5,796 bases of DNA from Takakia lepidozioides (taxonomy: Eukaryota > Plantae > Bryophyta): contig JAKLZA010000175.1 of the NCBI GenBank assembly GCA_030704615.1, positions 1 to 5,796 on the forward strand, given 5' to 3'. Numbering within the stretch: position 1 is the stretch's first letter; each line of letters opens with the position of its first letter. Both the position numbers and the translations under genes were made by a program. This document shows, piece by piece, positions 1-5,796 of the stretch. The notes beneath the pieces are model-generated. The model saw only the letters and a list, made by a program, of their open reading frames with translations. It had not been told where the DNA came from and searched no databases.

Positions 1-1650
1 TCTGTTGGCTCGATGGGAAAGTGGTACAGCAGCTTCGTGTTTGTATGGCCGTTCCAGATTCGCAGCCACCTCGTCTGCAGCCACCTCACATCGGTCAGAC
101 AAGAACTCCAACATAAGAATCGCAAGAAGTCACAAAACAAGAATAAACACATGCTTACCTTCTCCGCCGGCTCAACATAGGACACTGCGATGTGATGAAG
201 TTTCTCCATGGACATTTCCGGTTTCATGGGTCTGGAGTAATGCAGTCCTATCTCCGCCAGGAACTCGGCACCAAGACCAGGGTCAGCGATTGCAACTTGC
301 TTAACAAGTTTGGACCTATACTTGGTCCGGGATTGCCTCCCTGCCTGCACAATATGACTCTCTATCGACGCGTCCGCCTTGTTGGGGGCATCATTCTCAA
401 AGAACTGCCTTTTGGCATAGGCCAAGTCATCCCTGATGTTCGTCTGCATTCCCATACCCAGCAGATACAGTCAGGCCACGGATCCCTGCAACAAATAGCA
501 TTAAATTGATACTGAAATTTGAGATGAACCTCACCGAATAGAGGATCTCCACCATGGCGTCCAGTGTTGGTCGGTACCAGGTACATGGATGTAATTGTAT
601 ACATACAAATTTATATCCGCCATGGCACCCTTCAACAGTCCTCTGTCCCTGACGTCCACCTTCACGACAATGCAGTCCACCATGTAATGCCAACTGATAT
701 CTTGCGGATGCATTTCAGCAATGTACTCTGTCCAGGCAAGCATCCTGTGGTTCCCGTCCCAAACGAAGAACATCTTCCCTTCCATGTGTGCGAATGTGGG
801 ATTAGTCTTCAGATAGGCTTCAAACTCGGCATTAACAGTGTGCCAGTGGGGGCCCCAATTCTGAAGCTCCTCTGCAGTGGGGCCCCTTGTGACACCCTGG
901 TCATTCTCAATGGAAACGTAGAATGCTGCCGACCCCCGTCTGTGTACCCTTCTCTGAAGTTGTGCTTCAGCGATCGATATCCCCTGGCAGTGCTTGCCTT
1001 ACAACTGGAAGGCTTACCATGCGACACAAAGGAACTTTGAGGTTCTCCGGATACACCATGGAGCCCAAATCAGGGGGCCTATGTTGCTATGAGTCTCTGC
1101 CAGCAACCTGTTTGCTGCTATGTTCATGTATCGTGCGCTCATGAGCATACCCGCCACCAGTTTCTTACTATATCACCTGTCACTTCCCTCACCCCTCTCA
1201 CCAGCCTGTCTACTGTCCTGGAGGTTTGCTCCTCCGCAAGCTCCAGCAGAGGTTCTGATCGTCGCCAAGTCGTACCACGTTATCGTCCTCTCATTCAGTC
1301 ACTGAAGGGCAGCCCTTCTGCAAGATCTCGGACTCCCACATCTCGAGCGGCCTCCACGCATCCGTTGTTTTCTGAAATTGACTGCAAACCCAATATCTCC
1401 GCTTCCAGTATCCTCGGGTTTTACTGGCGAAGCCCATGGGCTCCTTCTGCTTCCTCGGCGTCGAACTCTAGGTGGGCCTTTTTGAGGAGATATCATGAGG
1501 TATTGAATGAAGACTCGCCTGCCTCGATGCACTTCCACTTGTGAGCGCAGCACAGGGGCAGAGGAGTATCCAAAGTTGACTGTGTTGCCTCGCCCCCCTG
1601 CGCTCCCTTCCAGCTCCCATGTCAAACAAACAGGAAAACTATTGAAGACA
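1..1650 (-). CDS. Multi-exon gene for a ParB/Srx-like domain protein, frameshifted, with its 3' end beyond the window. The 5' limit is approximate.
   Basis: Manual minus-strand reconstruction across frameshifts gives ...EPLLELAEEQTSRTVDRLVRGVREVTGDIVRNWWR / RPPDLGSMVYPENLKVPLCRMVSLPVVRQALPGDID-LKHNFREGYTDG-SAAFYVSIENDQGVTRGPTAEELQNWGPHWHTVNAEFEAYLKTNPTFAHMEGKMFFVWDGNHRMLAWTEYIAEMHPQDISWHYMVDCIVVKVDVRDRGLLKGAMADIN / TWYRPTLDAMVEILYS / TNIRDDLAYAKRQFF...SYVEPAEK / TRWLRIWNGHTNTKLLYHFPIEPT. Canonical GT-AG introns are present. The frame upstream of ~1260 is uncertain. A poly-T...TGCAG acceptor ends at 1651. Confidence 0.75.
75..158 (-). other. Spliceosomal intron (84 nt, phase 0)
   Basis: AAG|GTAAGC donor at 158, T-rich interior, TCTGAC branch-like motif at ~99-94 and CTGCAG| acceptor at 75. 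The downstream frame is open to the window edge. Confidence 0.75.
159..443 (-). CDS. Internal exon (285 nt, 95 codons) of the ParB-like gene
   Basis: Stop-free frame TNIRDDLAYAKRQFFENDAPNKADASIESHIVQAGRQSRTKYRSKLVKQVAIADPGLGAEFLAEIGLHYSRPMKPEMSMEKLHHIAVSYVEPAEK, bounded by CAG| and |GTAAGC. It is missing from the supplied ORF track. Confidence 0.75.
444..534 (-). other. Spliceosomal intron (91 nt, phase 0)
   Basis: TCG|GTGAGG donor at 534, CCTGAC branch-like motif at ~476-471 and ATGCAG| acceptor at 444. Removal joins ...EILYS in frame to a 95-codon open exon. Confidence 0.7.
607..1080 (-). other. ParB/sulfiredoxin-like N-terminal domain coding segment
   Basis: FFVWDGNHRMLAW (DGNHR at 758-744) fits the ParB/Srx hydrophobic strand plus GxxRxxA signature. 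There is an upstream VVR motif near 1000 and a downstream helix ending in Asn (AMADIN, N at 611-609), followed directly by a GTATGT donor at 606. Frameshifts occur at ~972 and in the G-run at ~935. Confidence 0.7.
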
Positions 1651-2924
1651 CTGCACGCAAAAAAAAAAGTGGTAAAAAGGAGAATATTGCGTATGGAGTG
1701 TTCAACATCCGCGAAGAACGAATCTCTCACTGGGGCGATCCGAATGTCTCCGAGAACAAGGTCTGCATTTCCTTGCATGAGACGGAGCTAAGTCGTGTTG
1801 TCGGCTTCTTCCCAAAATCCGCGTCCTCCTTCTCTTTGCCGGAGTCGCCCGAACCTTCCACAAACTCTAGCTACCACTACGCCGCTAAGGAGTAGGAAAC
1901 GCAGGAGAATGTCACTGCAGAAGGGCAAGGACGACTGAGAGAGCGAAAGCGGTGGAACATGTAACCACTATGCACGAGCAGATGCGTAAGCAGCCACGTC
2001 TCCCGAAGCATTGCACCGTCCACCATTTCTGCCGTTGATGGGTGATGAAGAGATGTGACCCCTGACACGTTAGCACGGATGTTGATGAATGAAAGCGACT
2101 GGAACACGGACGCGGACGGTTTATCCGAATTGCGGCACCGAAATACCTTCCGTTCACCGAATGCTGTTCCCGGAGCAGCCTACATTGAATGAAATATCCG
2201 CACATCATGAAACCCAACCGCCATGAAAATCCCCTGCCTATGACATCCAACAGTCAGGCCGGTACGTTTCATCAGTAGTAGACGGATGAATTTCGGCGCC
2301 GCAATTCATCGCTTCCCAAGTCCTCATCCGTCATGAGCAAACTGTCAGTGGGATATCGGAGCCGGAATTAATTCCGGACAGTGGAAACGGTTGCACTTGG
2401 GCACATTTCATCCATATTTCGGCGCCGAAATTCATCCAGAGCGAAGACTAAATCGGCACCATGCTACGCTTTGCCGCCATCATTTCCTCTGACGGATGCT
2501 GTCCATGCCTGTTGGACTTGCCATTTCTGGACATTTAACTATAATTTCGGCGCCGAAATTATACTTTATGTGCGGCAACGTCCCGTGCGAAAAAGACCAC
2601 TTAATGGATACTGTCGGTTTCAAATGAAAAAAAAAAAAAAACGGGCTAAAATGCAATTAATTTTGACAGAAGGGGTTTTAATATGCCGATTTTCTCATTA
2701 AATGCAGAAATATTCCTGTTTTATCTCGTCGGAAGGGGGATTTCCAATGATTTACGGAAAATTATATCATCTAGAAGCAAAAAATAAGTGTCGGGTTTGG
2801 ACGAATTTCGGCGCCGAAATTCATCCATTTAAAGAAAAATAAATATTGGAGAGAGGGCATTGGATGAATTTCGGCGCCGAAATCCGGCTCTTAAACCCTG
2901 AAAAGAATTTGGAGGGATGAAGTT

Positions 2925-3215
2925 GGTTGAATTTAGGGGCCGAAATTCATTGCTCGCGAAGAAAAAAATAAAATTCGGGAGGACTTCGGATGAATTTCGG
3001 CGCCGAAATTCAATCCTCGCGAAGAAAAAAAAAATTTCGGGAGGACTTCGGATGAATTTCGGCGCCGAAAATCATTGCTTGCGAAGAAAAATAATAATCG
3101 GGAGGACTTCGGATGAATTTCGGCGCCGAAATTCATTGCTCGAAAGAAGAAAAGAAAAAGGAAAATTAGAAGGGAGTACTTGGATGAGATTCGGCGCCGA
3201 AGTCATTGTCGCAAA
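2925..3215 (+). repeat. Tandem repeat with a ~62 bp unit (about 4.5 copies) in the centre of the array
   Basis: The unit GGATGAATTTCGGCGCCGAAATTCATTGCTCGCGAAGAAAAAAATAAAATTCGGGAGGACTTC recurs with few changes. GGGAGGACTTCGGATGAATTTCGGCGCCGAAA is exact three times. Confidence 0.9.
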
Positions 3216-3216
3216 G

Positions 3217-3229
3217 AAAAAAAAAAAAA

Positions 3230-3261
<32 letters not shown>
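3217..3261 (+). repeat. Poly(A) tract (45 nt with one C at 3230)
   Basis: Seen directly. It occupies the A-rich spacer position of the tandem unit. Confidence 0.95.
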
Positions 3262-3263
<2 letters not shown>

Positions 3264-3759
3264 TCAGATGAATTTCGCCACCGAAATCCATCCGCAGGGC
3301 AGCAGAATTAGGGTCGGAAAAGGAGATGAAGAATGAATTTCGGCGCCGAAATACATCCATTCTGCCGATTCAGGATTACTGTCATTTGGATGTCGGCACC
3401 GATATCCGGACACGTGGTGAATCACGACTGTAATCAGGAACACATTCATCCGTATTTTGGCATCCAATTCAACCCATATGTGCAGAAACAATTTAATGAA
3501 GAAGAAGTTCATCCGAATTTCGGGCACCGAAATCCATCCGTTGGGTGCTTGGTCAGTTTCATGAGGTGAACAAATTACGATTTGTTGTTAGAATTCATCC
3601 CCTGGCTTCCAAAGCTGTTACATGACAGAGATGTTCATCCAGATTTCGGTGCCGAAATTCATGGGAAGGCCTGATTTATTGTAGCCCAAGTGGTTGTACA
3701 TTACAATTCAGGCACCAAATATCCGATGTGAACTTGCTGTTGTCGTCCGTTTTTTTAAC

Positions 3760-3872
3760 GTACGTTAAACACCCATCTTTACGTGCACTGATCACCCATC
3801 CTGTTGGATACGGAATCCTCCAGAAAATCATTTGTGTTATTAGGTAGGTAGGACACACTCTTCTCATTGCAG
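3760..3872 (+). other. Possible 5'-UTR intron of the transposase gene
   Basis: GTACGT donor-like sequence at 3760 and a CTCTTCTCATTGCAG acceptor ending at 3872, 40 nt before ATG 3913. The acceptor is more convincing than the donor. Confidence 0.35.
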
Positions 3873-3912
3873 GACTTCGCTGCGGAGCGTACCGAGAGGT
3901 CCCGTCTTCAAA

Positions 3913-5796
3913 ATGGACTCCCGTGTTTGGGTCAACGTGTACTTCCATCCTGATTCTCTGAAAGCTAAAATACCTGCGACCAAGGATTTGCGATTGTCAC
4001 TGAGCAGTACTTGTGTGTGAAGTTCGGGCTCCGCCCTGGAACGGTGTTTTTGGAAGAGGAGACGAAGGTGCTTATGGAAATTTTCTGGAAAGTGCCGTCA
4101 TTCTGCATGCAGATTTCGGAAAAGGCAAAGAGTGGCGGCTCCCAGCTTCTGAATCCATCCGGTACAGTGCCATTGGTGAAATCGTGCCTAAAGAGTTCCC
4201 ACGCTGGAACTTGGTTGATCCTCCTTCACAAGAGGGTCTGGCGTGCAAGATGTGAAGGATGTGGGCACCTCTTCACAAGCAGAGAAGCCCCAACATGTGA
4301 AAGGGAAATCCAGGAAAACAGGGAAACAGTCGTCCACGACTTATCCAGTGACGATGAAGACTGTATGGTCCTTCCATCGTATGTTTCGAAGTCGTCCGTC
4401 ACTAGGAGTGTTCAGCATACACCGTCCGACTCAACTTCCGTCCGCTCAGTAATCGACATATTGCGGAGGATGAAACAACGGGTTCCCGCTCCAGTGACCT
4501 TCTTAGGCTTGATTACGACAAAACTCCAATCCATTCTGTGGAAACTTTGCCTGATGTTGTGGATGGGAATGCTATCTACGAGTTCCCTCCAGTGCCGGCA
4601 GGCGCAGGCCCAGACGGCATGCTCGCAAGAATGAACAGGAAACATGACGGCCACCCTTGGTGTGTCACCAAAACTTCATCGTCCAACCTGGGTGATGGAG
4701 TTCGAGTGAGATATGTATTGTGTGCTGGGCATCTTAAAGTTTCTCGAGCACATGTTACCATTACACTAGCAAAGGCACCAGGAATGAGACTGACTGGATT
4801 GGCAATTCGTCGACCCCATTTTGGCCTCAAGGTAGAGAGTCCGCAGGGACGTTCAAGTGTGCCCATTAAACACAGCCCCTACGTGCATGGCAGTGTGCAA
4901 CGCCAAGCAGTACTACGTCGGGACAGTCGGCCCGCCTAGCGTACCAGAGCATGCATTCACATCGGAAAGCATGAGCCACCCCTCGCCAGAGGCAATTGCA
5001 GAGTCGCTTTTCAACAAGCCCAGGATATTATCAAGGAGGAGGTGAGGTTTGAGGCCGGGTGCAAAACAAAGCAGATACAGCTCGCATCGGCACATAGGAT
5101 TGCAATTGGCAGAATAATGTCGGAGGACGGAAGCACAAGAGAGAAGCTGGGCGAGGGGGACATGAAGGACCTGCTGGATGGAGTTGTTTCCCATGTGTGC
5201 AGCCCCAATGTCAAGAAACCACATTGTCGGCTACAAAAACGAATCGGAAGAGGATCATACATGCACTCCATCTTGGAAGTGAAGCGCACATGCGGCTACG
5301 ACTTCATCCAAGGCAGCTTCTTTCCTGGTCAAGGCTCGGAGACGGACAGGTGCTTCATATTTAAGATGTCAACGTGCGGACCGGGAAGCGGCGTCGTTTG
5401 GTGAAGCGGATGACCAGTGGAGACCTCTCAAATTGTTGGGTCATGTCGACCACATCCGGCGAATTACCAACCACGATTGGGTGACAATGGGGGCACATGT
5501 ATACGACCACATTGCAGAAAGTGGATGACCATTGCTATCTGCGAAATGAAGGAGAGAAGACACAGATTTGGTGGCGCAATTAGCGGAATTAATGAGCAAA
5601 TGGCGAGAGACCCAAGTTGCCCCCCCGATTTTAGGGGCTTCATGGCTGACAATGCCCAGGCGAACTGGGCTGCAGTTAGGAGGTATAGGAGGGACGGACC
5701 CAAAGACTCCAATGGAAGGAAGGAGAGATCTTGCGGGGTTCCACTTCATGCAGAGTTGACGCAAACCACGAAAAGGTTCGTGGAGTCACGCCACCG
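3913..5796 (+). CDS. MULE-family transposase with an N-terminal GCM/WRKY-like Zn-binding domain, heavily frameshifted, 3' end beyond the window
   Basis: Stitching frames gives MDSRVWVNVYFHPDSLKAKIP...LCVKFGLRPGTVFLE...LLRLDYDKTPIHSVETLPDVVDGNAIYEFPP...DGHPWCVTKTSSS...RYVLCAGHLK...TCYHY...NETDWIG...FKCAH..TAPTCMAVCNAKQYYV...TRACIHIGKHEHPLARGNCR...FIQGSFFPGQG...FIFKMSTCGPGSGV-LVKRMTSGDLSNCWVM-DHIRRITNHDWVTMGAHVYD..CRKWMTIAICEMK...RGFMADNAQANWAAVRR...DPKTPMEGR-RSCGFHFMQS. This needs roughly 15 or more frame changes. The start codon is inferred. Confidence 0.8.
4640..5002 (+). other. Cys/His-rich GCM/WRKY-superfamily-like DNA-binding domain coding segment
   Basis: The order DGHPW...RYVLCAGHL(C)...C...CxH(C)...CxxxC...CIHIGKHxHP resembles the WRKY-GCM1 pattern: DGxxW start, CxGxxxC, an inserted Zn cluster and a terminal GxHxHP. 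Confidence 0.6.
5430..5796 (+). other. MULE RNase H-like catalytic core (first two Asp residues and the CxxH motif)
   Basis: WVM-D-H (GAC 5448-5450), FMA-D-NAQANWAAV (GAC 5648-5650) and C-G-F-H (5732-5744, one extra G in the G-run). This matches the MULE layout of D...D-x-x-x-A-x-x-x-A-V...CxxH. The catalytic Glu would lie beyond the window. Confidence 0.75.

Larger units (their letters stand above)
2121..3724. repeat. Array of ~20 palindromic repeats, consensus GGATGAATTTCGGCGCCGAAATTCATCC, with ~63 bp periodicity
   Basis: Intact GGCGCC cores start at 2295, 2421, 2549, 2810, 2873, 2999, 3061, 3122, 3193 and 3342. Degenerate cores start at 2134, 2358, 2455, 2936, 3277, 3395, 3459, 3523, ~3584, 3648 and 3711. 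The consensus is its own reverse complement. Confidence 0.95.
1..5796. mobile_element. Internal portion of a probable Mutator-like (MULE) DNA transposon: transposase, divergent accessory gene and central palindrome array. Element ends are not in the window.
   Basis: MULE-type transposase motifs at 5430-5796, a head-to-head second gene and a repeat array between them. No TIR or TSD is visible. That the left gene belongs to the same element is inferred from the layout only. Confidence 0.65.

Noticed and set aside
744-758. Sulfiredoxin or bacterial parB gene assignment
   Set aside because: It lacks the Srx GCHR cysteine, has spliceosomal introns and has no parA neighbour in the window. Only a fold-level call is justified, so no gene symbol is given.
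844-886. Short repeat CAGTGGGG(G)CCCC twice
   Set aside because: It lies inside coding sequence (GPT/GPH codons) and is too short to support a separate feature.
192-1544. Plus-strand ORFs 192-509, 564-1040 and 1089-1544
   Set aside because: Antisense shadows of the minus-strand ParB-like gene, with no recognisable motifs.
2806-2819. Canonical bacterial parS or E2F site
   Set aside because: TTTCGGCGCCGAAA shares TTTC...GAAA arms with parS (TGTTTCACGTGAAACA) and a GGCGCC core with E2F-type sites, but matches neither consensus in length or core. It is treated as an analogy only.
3217-3261. Retroelement poly(A) tail
   Set aside because: It sits at the A-rich spacer position of the tandem unit, with no TSD or upstream SINE/LINE body.
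2917-3336. 139 aa Lys-rich ORF and other ORFs in 2381-3569 (MNFGAEIH repeats)
   Set aside because: These are translations of the palindrome array and poly(A). The same peptide appears on both strands because the DNA is self-complementary.
2798-3724. CRISPR array (28 bp palindromic repeat plus ~35 bp spacers)
   Set aside because: The geometry is similar, but the context is eukaryotic with introns and no cas genes. Central spacers are near-identical A-rich duplicates, repeats decay at both ends, and the repeat is a loopless perfect palindrome.
4412-5764. Minus-strand ORFs over the transposase
   Set aside because: Antisense shadows. The conserved motifs are all on the + strand.

Overview
Eukaryotic, intron-containing DNA that looks like the interior of a large Mutator-like (MULE) DNA transposon. 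The host is possibly a non-seed land plant, which is a guess from recall and unchecked. Two genes point away from each other and both run off the window. On the + strand (~3913 to >5796) is a transposase with a Cys/His-rich GCM/WRKY-like Zn domain followed by a MULE-type DD(E) core with a CxxH motif. On the - strand (~1650 to <1) is a spliced gene whose core carries a ParB/sulfiredoxin-type DGNHRxxA motif. Between them lies a ~1.6 kb non-coding array of about 20 copies (10 with an intact core) of a palindrome with consensus GGATGAATTTCGGCGCCGAAATTCATCC, spaced mostly ~63 bp apart with largely non-identical spacers. Both genes are broken by many 1-2 nt indels, which could be noisy long-read error or decay. 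The candidate novel system is a eukaryotic transposon pairing a ParB-like accessory protein with a helically phased, parS-like palindrome array. Protein family calls come from manual motif recognition; no database search was run.
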